From sequence record NZ_CP082905.1: a DNA stretch of 64,000 nt. The stretch is one strand, 5' to 3'. Position numbers and translations under genes: made by a program. The notes under the pieces were generated by a model. The model made no database searches, was not told where the DNA came from, and saw only the letters and a list, made by a program, of their open reading frames with translations. Below, in pieces: positions 1 through 8,891 of the stretch (position 1 is the first letter of the stretch; each line of letters opens with the position of its first letter). Source of the stretch: a plasmid.

Positions 1-257
1 GTGCAGCATGGGCCGCAACGTTGACGATATCGTCAATCAGCGTTAATATTGAACACAGTTAGCAGGTACAAGCAGCACCGTACAGGCAGCGGTCACCAGC
101 CGCGTCCGGTACAGAAAATTAACTCGGTTTACCAGACCGGGTTTTTTTTCGCCTCAAAGATGCCATTTCCGGCACAACTCAGATCCTATACGCATTCTGT
201 TTATTCCCCTAATTTTCACCGATGGTTTTTAGCGTCTCTTTACGCTTTTATACGCAA

Positions 258-283
258 TTCGGTAAAACGCCCATAAAACCGAA
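258..283. repeat. 26-bp palindromic site S1 (ttcggtaaaacgcc cataaaaccgaa); 12-2-12 layout resembling Hin/Gin hix/gix recombination sites
   Basis: Read directly; the left half-site ttcggtaaaacg is conserved in 6 copies, all in the same orientation. Confidence 0.6.
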
Positions 284-384
284 GCCCTTTCCGGCAGCAT
301 GTCCCTTCGGGTAGCTTTTATCTGAGTCTTTAACATAGCCCATGTGGTAGCCTGCACCGGTGGCTCTCAGAGAGGTTTATTCAA

Positions 385-603
385 TTGAAATGGTTCAAGA
401 TTTATAATCCTAAAAGTAAACAATGGCTTCAGCAAGATGAGGAAAATGGGAGATATGGCACTCGTATTATCTTCACACAGGATGAATCCCGTGCGGGGTT
501 CTGGTCTGAAACAGAAATCCGCTGGATGACCATCCCGCCAGGATCAGAACTTATTTCTTTCAGCCCGAGCCAGGAGGATATCCGATACCGGTATTGGGAA
601 TGA
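385..603 (+). CDS. small hypothetical cassette protein (72 aa), TTG start
   Basis: ORF with an agagg RBS 9 nt upstream; lies between sites S1 and S2. Confidence 0.4.
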   Translation: MKWFKIYNPKSKQWLQQDEENGRYGTRIIFTQDESRAGFWSETEIRWMTIPPGSELISFSPSQEDIRYRYWE

Positions 604-643
604 ACCAAACCGGTCAAGAGATCTTTATGCCTATTCGCCCTTG

Positions 644-669
644 TTCGGTAAAACGCCTATATTACCGAA
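644..669. repeat. 26-bp site S2 (ttcggtaaaacgcc tatattaccgaa)
   Basis: Read directly. Confidence 0.6.
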
Positions 670-696
670 CCGCAGCACTGTACAATGCCTGTCTCA

Positions 697-1344
697 TCAC
701 GCCTGATCTTCAGCTGCTGATTTACGTGCCCGTGCTGCAACACGGCTTGCGTATCTTTCCTTACGGCGTATCGCTGCTGCCGATTCGGATGCTCTTATTT
801 CTATTAAGCGTTTTCTGATGGCCTCTGCCGGATTGAACCCCTCTTCCCATGAGGTATGCCTGATGTTAAACGTCCGGCAAATATCTTCTGACAACTCGAC
901 CACATAAAGGCCATGCTTCGCATACAACTCCCGCCTCTTTGCGAAGTAAGCCGAAAAATCTGGGGGATCTTCAAAATACTCATCATCAAGATTGTCGAGT
1001 GTGTTGATGACCTGAATATGTTTAGATTCGATGCTGTGCAGCCGGTACAGCATATTAGTATTAAGGTATTTAAATTCGCCTTTTACCGCTGAGAGTTTTA
1101 GCTCTGGTTTATTATATTTCATTGACACATATTCCAACTCTTGGCTATATATACCATCATTGCTCGCAAGAAACTCACACTCGGAAATATATTTATCAAG
1201 AATAAAAACAAGCTGAACAATAATATATCTCTCTTCTTTTTTTCCTTTTTTTGTTTCCCAGACAAGCTCTTTGACTGCATTAAAAATCAGGGGTACTGCT
1301 ATCGCAGCCGCAGCCCCCAGTAATGTCCATGTTTCCTTTTCCAC
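697..1344 (-). CDS. membrane-anchored hypothetical protein (about 216 aa); proposed GTG start at 1344 with a GAGG RBS. The 273-aa track ORF extends N-terminally across site S3.
   Basis: AT-rich ORF with a TM helix LLGAAAAIAVPLIFNAV; GAGG lies 6 nt upstream of the GTG; it is the only minus-strand cassette in the array. Confidence 0.45.
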   Translation of the reverse strand: MEKETWTLLGAAAAIAVPLIFNAVKELVWETKKGKKEERYIIVQLVFILDKYISECEFLASNDGIYSQELEYVSMKYNKPELKLSAVKGEFKYLNTNMLYRLHSIESKHIQVINTLDNLDDEYFEDPPDFSAYFAKRRELYAKHGLYVVELSEDICRTFNIRHTSWEEGFNPAEAIRKRLIEIRASESAAAIRRKERYASRVAARARKSAAEDQA

Positions 1345-1445
1345 TGAAACCCTCGCCCATGCTGCAAGTATTCTTACCCTACAGTTTATACTGTACGACA
1401 GGATGGCCTGCTTAGCTTTTACCAAAGCTGACCTATCTCTCCGGA

Positions 1446-1471
1446 TTCGGTAAAACGCCAATTCTGCCGAA
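1446..1471. repeat. 26-bp site S3 (ttcggtaaaacgcc aattctgccgaa)
   Basis: Read directly. Confidence 0.55.
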
Positions 1472-1537
1472 CCGTGAAACGGCGCACGCTGCCGGCTATA
1501 ATTGCTGTCGCGATTCATTCACTAAAAGGAACAAATC

Positions 1538-1849
1538 TTGAAAACGGGATTAATTTCACTGAGCTTGCTGGCCGCCGTACTGCTTACCGGCTGCGATGCA
1601 GGCGCGCAGAGCCTTGAATGGTATAAGGCGCATGATAAGGAGCGAAACGCAAAAGTTGAAGAGTGTAAGAAAGCCTCGAATCCGCGTGGCACCGAAGACT
1701 GCCGTAACGCGATTGATGCTTCTGTTCGTGCTGGGGGCAATATTACACATAGCAAACCTAAAGAGTGGACTCTCGATGGTTCTAAGGGTTATCTGGGGAT
1801 AAGCCGCCGCGAGGCGGTTTTTTTACGCTCTTCTCCGGGCATTCGGTAA
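1538..1849 (+). CDS. small lipoprotein (lipobox LLTGC); possibly an entry-exclusion-type (TrbK-like) lipoprotein
   Basis: Signal peptide with an LTGC lipobox; Cys-containing mature region. The TrbK analogy is a weak recollection only. Confidence 0.45.
   Translation: MKTGLISLSLLAAVLLTGCDAGAQSLEWYKAHDKERNAKVEECKKASNPRGTEDCRNAIDASVRAGGNITHSKPKEWTLDGSKGYLGISRREAVFLRSSPGIR
1803..1827 (+). terminator. Rho-independent terminator (gccgccgcgaggcggttttttt)
   Basis: GC stem followed by a T7 run, immediately upstream of site S4. Confidence 0.7.
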
Positions 1850-1867
1850 AACGCCTATAAAACCGAA
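1842..1867. repeat. 26-bp site S4 (ttcggtaaaacgcc tataaaaccgaa), the most symmetric copy
   Basis: Read directly. Confidence 0.6.
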
Positions 1868-2236
1868 TTTGCCATGTAAACAAAAAATCCGCCCCAGTGG
1901 GACGGCCTAAAACGGTAAGCTGTTTTATGTCCCCAGGGGGACTTCATCTCCGATTAAAGAAAATTTTCGATTAGGGACAGTATAACTGTCACCAGATTAA
2001 TCACTGCCGTAATAAGCTCGATCATAACCCGCATCCTCATGCTGATGCGTGGCGTTTACCTACCTCCCGCCGTATATTCGCCCAGAAGGTTTCGGAACTC
2101 CGCTTTCGCTAAGAATGAAGTTAACCACACATATATTGCCCCCGGCCCAGGGATGCGACCCCCTTCGTCTGGGACTCCTTCCTTACAGCTCGTTCCCTCT
2201 GTTACCAAAAAATCAGTTCTAACTTAGGAGATTAAA

Positions 2237-2320
2237 ATGACTGATTACCGCAGTGTTGCGCGGTTTTTTACTGAAGCACTATATGGATTCATCTTAGCGA
2301 TGCGGAAGTATAAAGCGTAA
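2237..2320 (+). CDS. 27-aa peptide MTDYRSVARFFTEALYGFILAMRKYKA with a strong AGGAG RBS
   Basis: taggagattaaaATG context; flanked by a duplicated 23-bp motif gctaagaatgaagttaaccacac at about 2110 and 2381. Confidence 0.3.
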   Translation: MTDYRSVARFFTEALYGFILAMRKYKA

Positions 2321-2470
2321 GCACGACTTATCAAAGCGGGATTTGATAAGGTAGGTCATATGACGTACACTGAAAGAGCTAAGAATGAAGTTAACCACAC
2401 CGTTATGCCAGCCTGCGAAACTGACGTAACGGTAAGAAACCCTGCCCTAGAGCGGGGTTTCTGCCATCTG

Positions 2471-2497
2471 ACCGCCGCCAGGCGGTTTTTTTACGCC
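2471..2497 (+). terminator. Rho-independent terminator (accgccgccaggcggttttttt)
   Basis: GC stem followed by a T7 run, upstream of site S5. Confidence 0.7.
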
Positions 2498-2509
2498 CTT
2501 TTCCCGCCG

Positions 2510-2535
2510 TTCGGTAATACCTCAATCCTGCCGGA
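2510..2535. repeat. 26-bp site S5, degenerate (ttcggtaatacc tc aatcctgccgga)
   Basis: Read directly. Confidence 0.45.
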
Positions 2536-2664
2536 TGGTTCCCGCTGCGGCCTGTTGGTTCTGTTTTTCAAGGCTATTGTCGGGGCTACATTTAGTAATT
2601 TGAAAAACTCCACAAACTGATATGATTATCTTCATCTACCTAAGGCCAACACACAGAGCAAAAC

Positions 2665-3702
2665 GTGTCCATGCATAAATCAAAAGAACAAGTTGCAGAA
2701 ATATTGAGCGATTATTTTACTCTTTGTATTGCAATTGTGACTGAAGATTCTTCAGATTATCAAAAGCACGTTCTAACCTATCAATTTTCCCGGCAACAAG
2801 TCTTGGGGCTGGATAACGAGTTAATGCTCCCTAATTGGATTTTAGCCGCTGCAAGTATTCCTCTTTTAAAGTCTCATGTTGACTTACATGTTCAGGGGGG
2901 GGCGGGAAGTTGGGCCAGGAGACGAACTTATCTCCACTCAGTAATGGACACCATTCTGCAAACCTATAGAAATCCTGTAGCATCTAACTTTTCGCAGGCA
3001 ATGGCTGATGCTTTTAAAGCAGCTAAGTCTGCCCCACCTTCTTATCAAGACGCGGGATCATCTAACTTTTCGCAAGCAATGGCTGATGCTTTTAAAGCAG
3101 CTAAGTCTGATTCACCTTCTTATCAAGACGCGGGATCATTGCTTTTATCACAGCATGCTGAAAATTCACATAAATCCTCTTATGAACACCAGGGTAATGT
3201 CTCTTATCCATCTAAGCAACCGACAAGTGACAACATTCGTCAGGAAGAGTTAAAGCTGGGTATGTCTAATGCCGGAAGCCCAGACGTGGAAAGTAAAAAG
3301 AAGGTGTTTATAGTTCATGGCCATGATGAGCTGTTAAAAAATGAAGTATATGTTTTTCTGAGTCAGGAAGGCTATGAACCCATAATACTCCATCTTCAGG
3401 CAAATAAGGGATCAACCATCATTGAAAAGCTTGAAGAGAATATTGCAGACGTTTCGTTCGCCGTGATTTTATATACAGCATGTGATCAAGGTAAATCTTT
3501 TAAAGAGGCTGATTTGAAATCCCGTGCGCGTCAGAACGTTGTTTTTGAGCATGGGTATTTAATCTGTAAGCTTGGCAGAGAACGCGTGGCTGCCCTTAAA
3601 AGTGACGGTGTTGAAATACCTGGTGATCTCTCCGGGCTAATAACTATCCCAACGAGTAACTGGCAGTATGAACTCCTGAAAGAACTGAAAGCAGCCAATT
3701 GA
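2665..3702 (+). CDS. two-domain protein: novel N-terminal region with an internal 20-aa tandem repeat, plus a C-terminal TIR-like nucleotide-binding domain (PF10137-type, CAP12-like); candidate defence effector
   Basis: C-terminus carries KVFIVHGHDE, IILHLQANKGSTIIEKLE, FAVILYTACD, RARQNVVFEHGYLICKLGRERV and EIPGDLSGL, matching the TIR-like family signature as I recall it. An SNFSQAMADAFKAAKS..PSYQDAGS unit is duplicated (nt 2983-3048 and 3062-3127). Confidence 0.6.
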   Translation: MSMHKSKEQVAEILSDYFTLCIAIVTEDSSDYQKHVLTYQFSRQQVLGLDNELMLPNWILAAASIPLLKSHVDLHVQGGAGSWARRRTYLHSVMDTILQTYRNPVASNFSQAMADAFKAAKSAPPSYQDAGSSNFSQAMADAFKAAKSDSPSYQDAGSLLLSQHAENSHKSSYEHQGNVSYPSKQPTSDNIRQEELKLGMSNAGSPDVESKKKVFIVHGHDELLKNEVYVFLSQEGYEPIILHLQANKGSTIIEKLEENIADVSFAVILYTACDQGKSFKEADLKSRARQNVVFEHGYLICKLGRERVAALKSDGVEIPGDLSGLITIPTSNWQYELLKELKAAN

Positions 3703-3717
3703 AACAACAACCGGTAA

Positions 3718-3738
3718 CCGCCGCCAGGCGGTTTTTTT
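3718..3738 (+). terminator. Rho-independent terminator (ccgccgccaggcggttttttt)
   Basis: GC stem followed by a T run, upstream of site S6. Confidence 0.7.
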
Positions 3739-3755
3739 ACGCCCTTCTCCGGGCA

Positions 3756-3781
3756 TTCGGTAAAACCCTTATATTACCGAA
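3756..3781. repeat. 26-bp site S6 (ttcggtaaaacc ct tatattaccgaa)
   Basis: Read directly. Confidence 0.55.
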
Positions 3782-3900
3782 TCGCCCCGCTGCGGCGCTG
3801 AATACTATATGTTGTGCTTTTCCCAGCTGGCAGACATACGAGATATAGTGGTCTGACGGTCATCGCCGGGGCAGGCCGCGCCGGTTTTCCCGCTGCGCCG

Positions 3901-3936
3901 TTCGGTAAAACTCCGGCAGCGGAGGCTTTAACCGAA
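3901..3936. repeat. site S7 variant: the same half-sites separated by a 12-bp spacer (ttcggtaaaact ... tttaaccgaa)
   Basis: Read directly. Confidence 0.4.
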
Positions 3937-4023
3937 TGCGATTTACCGCCAGCGGAGTTTTTCTTCTTGTCTTTTTTCAGAATCATGTCGAGAAGCACTA
4001 ATCCTATTAGGATTATCAGGTGA

Positions 4024-4140
4024 GCCCTTATGACATGTACTAATACGGTCGGTTTCGTACATGTAGAATATAGCCTGTCCGAAAGTTAGTGTTTTTAATT
4101 TCGGACATGCGCTATAATAAGTACACCTATTTCGTACACA
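4024..4140. promoter_or_regulatory. res-like accessory site and promoter region of the recombinase gene (repeated tgtac/gtaca dyads: acatgtactaatacgg...tttcgtacatgt, tttcgtacaca)
   Basis: Imperfect inverted repeats of a TGTAC core immediately upstream of the serine recombinase, as in resolvase res sites. Confidence 0.4.
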
Positions 4141-4150
4141 AAATAACTAC

Positions 4151-4747
4151 ATGTCACGAGTCTTTGCCTACTGCAGGGTATCGACCCTCGAACAGAACAC
4201 TGAAAACCAGCGTCGTGAAATCGAAGCGGCCGGCTTTGCCATCAGACCCCAGCGACTGATTGAAGAGTACATAAGTGGTTCAGTCGCGGCTGCTGAACGC
4301 CCTGGATTTATGCGTCTCCTTGATCGAATGGAAAACGGGGACGTTTTAATCGTAACGAAGCTGGATCGCCTCGGGCGAAACGCCATGGATATCAGAAAAA
4401 CCGTTGAGCTACTTTCTGCGTCAGAAATACGGGTACACTGCCTGGCGCTGGGAGGGGTAGACCTCACCAGTCCGGCCGGAAAGATGACAATGCAGGTAAT
4501 CTCGGCGGTTGCTGAATTTGAGCGCGATCTGCTACTTGAACGTACACATGCTGGTATTGCGCGGGCTAAGGCATCCGGAAAGCGTTTCGGCCGCCCGCCG
4601 GCTCTGGATGACGAACAAAAGAAAGCGGTGTTCTTGCGTCTTAGTGAAGGGAAGAGTATCAGCGCGATCGCCCGCGAATTTGACACCACACGGCAGACCA
4701 TTTTAAGAGTGAAAGCGATAATGGAAGACGCTGATGCTCGTTCATGA
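4151..4747 (+). CDS. serine recombinase (resolvase/invertase family) with a C-terminal HTH
   Basis: N-terminal YCRVSTLEQ catalytic-Ser motif, an LDRLGR motif, 198 aa in total, C-terminal HTH. Confidence 0.85.
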   Translation: MSRVFAYCRVSTLEQNTENQRREIEAAGFAIRPQRLIEEYISGSVAAAERPGFMRLLDRMENGDVLIVTKLDRLGRNAMDIRKTVELLSASEIRVHCLALGGVDLTSPAGKMTMQVISAVAEFERDLLLERTHAGIARAKASGKRFGRPPALDDEQKKAVFLRLSEGKSISAIAREFDTTRQTILRVKAIMEDADARS

Positions 4748-4839
4748 GTTGCTTTTCTGCGTATGTCCGCTTTGTGCCATAAGCGGACGTTATTCCGATA
4801 ACAAAGAGCGGAACAACGAAGAATATAAATAGCTAAACT

Positions 4840-5724
4840 TCAGATTTTCAGTATATCAATGACGACTCTCAGTGCCGGCGACACATTGCGGTGAGGATAA
4901 TACAGGAATGAACCTTCCAGGCGCTGGCTGTAACGTGGCAACGCCCTGATAAGATTGCCTTGCTCTAAATCATCAGCGACCAGTTCCTCCGGGACATAAG
5001 CCAGCCCCAGCCCCAGTCTGGCTGCTTTTGCTTCCATGTAGCTGTCAGAAAAGGCCCACTGTCCTTGTGGTCGGTGCGTTATTTTTTTACCGTCCTGAAG
5101 GAGTTCCCACTGATAAAGGCTACCATCGGCAAACTGGTAGGCTATACAAGGATGAATCACTAAATCAGCCGGTGTTTGTGGAAAGCCATAGCGACGAAAA
5201 TGCTCGGGCGTAGCTACAACAACCATCTCCATGTCAGGTGTAATACGCACCGCGACCATGCCCTGTCCTACCTCCGGCCCCAGCCGCACGCCGGCATCAA
5301 ACCGCTCAGCGATAATATCGACGAACCGGCTTTCACTGATGAGTTCAAGCCTGATATCGGGGTAACGGTGCTTAAATAGCGCCAGCTTCGGTAAAAGAAC
5401 TTTATCAATAGCATGCTGGCTGGCATTGATGCGTACCGTACCGGACGGGGTATTCCGGTAATACGCCAGCGTGGCAAGACCCGTATCTAAAGCATCAAAT
5501 CCGGATTCTGTTGTCTGATACAGTTGCTCACCTGCCTGTGTTAACGACAGCCTGCGCGTAGTGCGAACCAGAAGCTGTATACCCAGCCTTTCTTCAAGTT
5601 CACGGACAGAACGACTAACGCCTGATTGTGCAAGTCCAAGACGATGTGCCGCTGCAGTGAAACTGCCCTCCCGCACCACCTGCATAAACAAGTAGAGCTC
5701 ATTATAGTTTTCCCGTTTTGCCAT
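4840..5724 (-). CDS. LysR-family transcriptional regulator
   Basis: N-terminal HTH (LYLFMQVVREGSFTAAAHRLGLAQSGVSRSVRELEERLG) and a LysR substrate-binding fold. Confidence 0.85.
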   Translation of the reverse strand: MAKRENYNELYLFMQVVREGSFTAAAHRLGLAQSGVSRSVRELEERLGIQLLVRTTRRLSLTQAGEQLYQTTESGFDALDTGLATLAYYRNTPSGTVRINASQHAIDKVLLPKLALFKHRYPDIRLELISESRFVDIIAERFDAGVRLGPEVGQGMVAVRITPDMEMVVVATPEHFRRYGFPQTPADLVIHPCIAYQFADGSLYQWELLQDGKKITHRPQGQWAFSDSYMEAKAARLGLGLAYVPEELVADDLEQGNLIRALPRYSQRLEGSFLYYPHRNVSPALRVVIDILKI

Positions 5725-5923
5725 TTGCGCGTCCTCAGAATATCTGGCCGCAAATGATGTCTGCTGCGGCCCTTCATTTATAACAATATGCTATTAATCC
5801 TAGCAATTTTTACCCTCTAATCAGCACTATTTCTGCTACCTATAATGAGCGCATTGCATCAAAGCACAGCAGTACTCTCCGTATGAAACCGGTACCTCAC
5901 TTTTCTTTTTCAGGGGAATTTAA

Positions 5924-7060
5924 ATGAATGTTTTCACCAGAAAGCTGACAGCCGCGCTACCCGCTACGCTGCTATGCGTATCATTAAGTGGAGTTACGAC
6001 AATGAGTTATGCTGACACATCTAATCCGAACTCGCCTGTTTCAATGGTAGAAAAATGGGATAAAACCTTTGCAGAGAGCGATAAGGTTGATCATCGCAAG
6101 GTGGCATTCCAGAACCGTTACGGGATCATATTAGTAGGGGATCTTTACATCCCCAAAAACCGGGGCGAACGTAAACTGGCTGCGATTGCATTAAGTGGTC
6201 CTTTCGGTGCGGTCAAAGAGCAATCAAGCGGCCTGTATGCACAGACCCTGGCCGAACAGGGATTTGTTGCGCTGGCATTCGATCCTTCTTACACGGGTGA
6301 AAGTGGTGGCTATCCGCGTAATGTCGCCTCTCCGGATATCAACACTGAGGACTTTAGCGCGGCGGTTGATTTCCTTGGATTACAAAAAGAGGTGGATCGC
6401 CATCGTATTGGATTACTCGGTATTTGCGGCTGGGGAGGCATGGCACTCAATGCGGCGGCGATGGATACACGCGTAAAAGCAGTTGCAACCAGCGTGATGT
6501 ACGACATGAGCCGGGCGATGGGACATGGCGTTGGTGATGGCAAAGACCGTTATTCAACAGCCGATCGCCGTGCCGTATTACAGTACCTGAACGAGCAGCG
6601 CTGGAAAGATGCTGAAAGCGGAACTATCGCCCGCGGTAGTCACGATATTAATGTGGATAAGAATGGCAGCGTAAGCGCTTCTGAGCGAATTCTGCCGGAA
6701 ACATTACCCGCGAATCCACACCCGGTACTGAAAGAGTTTTTTGATTATTACAGAATGCCACGCGGCTTCCATGGGCGTTCTGTTAACTCTAATGGCGCAT
6801 GGAATGCAACGATGCCCTTGTCGTTTATGAATATGCCGCTGCTTAGCTACGCAAATGAAATCACTATTCCTGTGTTGATTGTTACAGGTGAAAAAGCGCA
6901 CTCGCGCTATTTTGCAGAAGATGCCTACAAAGCGGTTGGCAGCACTGAAAAAGAGCTTGTGATCGTCCCCGGCGCAAACCACGTGGACTTATACGACAAC
7001 GCTGCAGGTAAGATCCCTTTTGCCAGGTTTGAACAGTTTTTCAAAACCAGCTTAAGGTAA
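5924..7060 (+). CDS. secreted alpha/beta hydrolase, dienelactone-hydrolase-like (Cys nucleophile elbow GICGWGG)
   Basis: Signal peptide; G-x-C-x-G-G motif; divergent from the LysR gene. Confidence 0.6.
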   Translation: MNVFTRKLTAALPATLLCVSLSGVTTMSYADTSNPNSPVSMVEKWDKTFAESDKVDHRKVAFQNRYGIILVGDLYIPKNRGERKLAAIALSGPFGAVKEQSSGLYAQTLAEQGFVALAFDPSYTGESGGYPRNVASPDINTEDFSAAVDFLGLQKEVDRHRIGLLGICGWGGMALNAAAMDTRVKAVATSVMYDMSRAMGHGVGDGKDRYSTADRRAVLQYLNEQRWKDAESGTIARGSHDINVDKNGSVSASERILPETLPANPHPVLKEFFDYYRMPRGFHGRSVNSNGAWNATMPLSFMNMPLLSYANEITIPVLIVTGEKAHSRYFAEDAYKAVGSTEKELVIVPGANHVDLYDNAAGKIPFARFEQFFKTSLR

Positions 7061-7416
7061 AAACGCAGCTCAGAATCGTTTAAAAGCCACCTGTAATACT
7101 CAGGTGGCTTTGACTCTGGATCTATCCCGACATGATGTTACATAGAATCCTTATAATATCGCACTTCATTCTCACCCACTCTCATCGTTATTACATGAAT
7201 AGCGTTTATTTCGTTTATGCCTGAAGAAGATCGGGCGCTATTCACAGGTCCTGATAATATTCATAATGCGTCATTAAACATCACAATAGATACAGGGGCG
7301 AGCCTGGCAGCAGAAGATAAATATTATGACAGGATACGCAATGGTATCCCGTCGATATTTCTACATTGTTCCGGTTTAATTGTTCCGATTTAACTTTTAT
7401 AACCGATCAGCGTCAG

Positions 7417-8550
7417 TTAAGGCTTAAGGATAACCTTCGTCCATCCCTCATCGCGATCGTCAAAGTGCTTATATCCCTCAGGCGCCTCAGCAAGTGAAAG
7501 ACGGTGTGAGATTATGCCGCCCGGGCTGGCTTTACCCTGATGGATCAGACGGGCCAGCTGACGATTATAGGCTTTGGCGTTCGCCTGGCCGGTGCGGATT
7601 GACTGTCCTTTAAGCCAAAAACTGCCGAAATCAAACGGCATCTTACCTTCTTTGGCAAGGTCTGATGCAGCTCCCGGATCCTGCGGGATAAACACGCCAA
7701 CCACACCAATTCCCCCGGTTGCTTTGGTTGATGCAACGAGGCTGTTCATAGTGACCGAATTATCTTCATGGCCATGTTTGTTACAGCACTGATAGCCCAC
7801 GCATTCACAGCCACAGTCAGTGCCGCGTCCGTCAGTTAAGTCGAGAATTCGTTGCACGGCTTCATCGCCGGTCGCATTGATGCCCGTCGCCCCCATTTTC
7901 TCTGCCAGCGCTAAACGGTCCTGGTGTGTATCCACTACAAATACCTGTGAAGCGCCTTTTATCATGGCTGAGTGTGCGGCCATCAGACCCACCGGCCCCG
8001 CGCCGTAAATGGCTACGCTTTCGCCAGGCTTTAATCCGGCGAGTTCTGTCGCATGCCAGCCGGTAGGGAAAATGTCAGAGAGCATCACATAATCATCTTC
8101 TTTTTCTACTGCGTCAGGCGGAAGCACCAGGCAGTTAAAGTCTGCAAAGGGGACCCGAAGCAGTTCCGCCTGACCACCCTCCCAGGAGCCCATTTCAGCA
8201 AAACCATAGGCCGCGCCCACAGCACCGGGATTGGTGGTGAGGCAAAAACCGGTCAGACCTTTTTCACAATTCTCGCAAAAACCGCATCCGACATTAAATG
8301 GCAGACAGACATAGTCACCGACCTTAACACGCTCCACTCCTGAGCCAATTTCAACCACCTCACCCAGGTTTTCGTGCCCCAAAATACGTCCCTGCTCAAA
8401 GCTGGTCCGACCCTCGTACATGTGCAAATCCGATCCACAAATATTGGTGGTGGTAATGCGGACAAGCACATCGGTGGGGCGAACAATTTTTGCATCCGGC
8501 ACGTCTTTAACTTTTACATCATAGGGACCGTTGTAAATAACTGCTTTCAT
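7417..8550 (-). CDS. fdhA: glutathione-independent formaldehyde dehydrogenase (Zn-dependent MDR alcohol dehydrogenase, FdhA-like)
   Basis: GHE..G Zn site, a Cys-rich structural Zn loop, GxGxxG Rossmann fold; start MKAVIYNG with an RBS (the track ORF is N-extended). Confidence 0.7.
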   Translation of the reverse strand: MKAVIYNGPYDVKVKDVPDAKIVRPTDVLVRITTTNICGSDLHMYEGRTSFEQGRILGHENLGEVVEIGSGVERVKVGDYVCLPFNVGCGFCENCEKGLTGFCLTTNPGAVGAAYGFAEMGSWEGGQAELLRVPFADFNCLVLPPDAVEKEDDYVMLSDIFPTGWHATELAGLKPGESVAIYGAGPVGLMAAHSAMIKGASQVFVVDTHQDRLALAEKMGATGINATGDEAVQRILDLTDGRGTDCGCECVGYQCCNKHGHEDNSVTMNSLVASTKATGGIGVVGVFIPQDPGAASDLAKEGKMPFDFGSFWLKGQSIRTGQANAKAYNRQLARLIHQGKASPGGIISHRLSLAEAPEGYKHFDDRDEGWTKVILKP

Positions 8551-8732
8551 GATCTTCTCCTGCTTGCGGCCGGAAAGGTGTGGCTGCCCTACCGGGTAAG
8601 TGTCAACTAAGTTTAGCTGCCATGATTGATAACGCAATCGACAGCAAGGCAATCGGGAGGTTTCTTATCGGATACGTTGAGGAATGCTGGCCGGGGATGA
8701 CGGTCAAAGACAGCCGGGAAAAGGTCAGGATC

Positions 8733-8891
8733 ATGCCGCATCAAGCCGAGCGGCAGCAGCCGGTAGCGTTGCGGGAATATTTGCGTAAAACAGTTATCAA
8801 TTATCGGCAGCAATCTCAGACGCAGCCTGAAGGTAAAGACCCGATTTATCAGAAAGATGATTTACCTTACACCCGGCCAGTTTTTGCCTGA
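8733..8891 (+). pseudogene. 3' fragment homologous to the C-terminal half of the 85-aa protein at 15015-15272
   Basis: PVALREYLRKTVINYRQQSQTQPEGKDPIYQKDDL versus PAGLREYFRERLQHYRSVALQFPKGTDSVYQKEE. Confidence 0.4.

Noticed and set aside
49-276. 75-aa ORF at the window start
   Set aside because: It spans a T-rich terminator-like stretch and site S1; more likely intergenic DNA downstream of a gene ending near position 46.
258-3940. Possibility that the cassette array is an integron
   Set aside because: No intI tyrosine recombinase. The sites lack the attC R''/L''/L'/R' structure (no GTTRRRY core). The associated recombinase is a serine recombinase.
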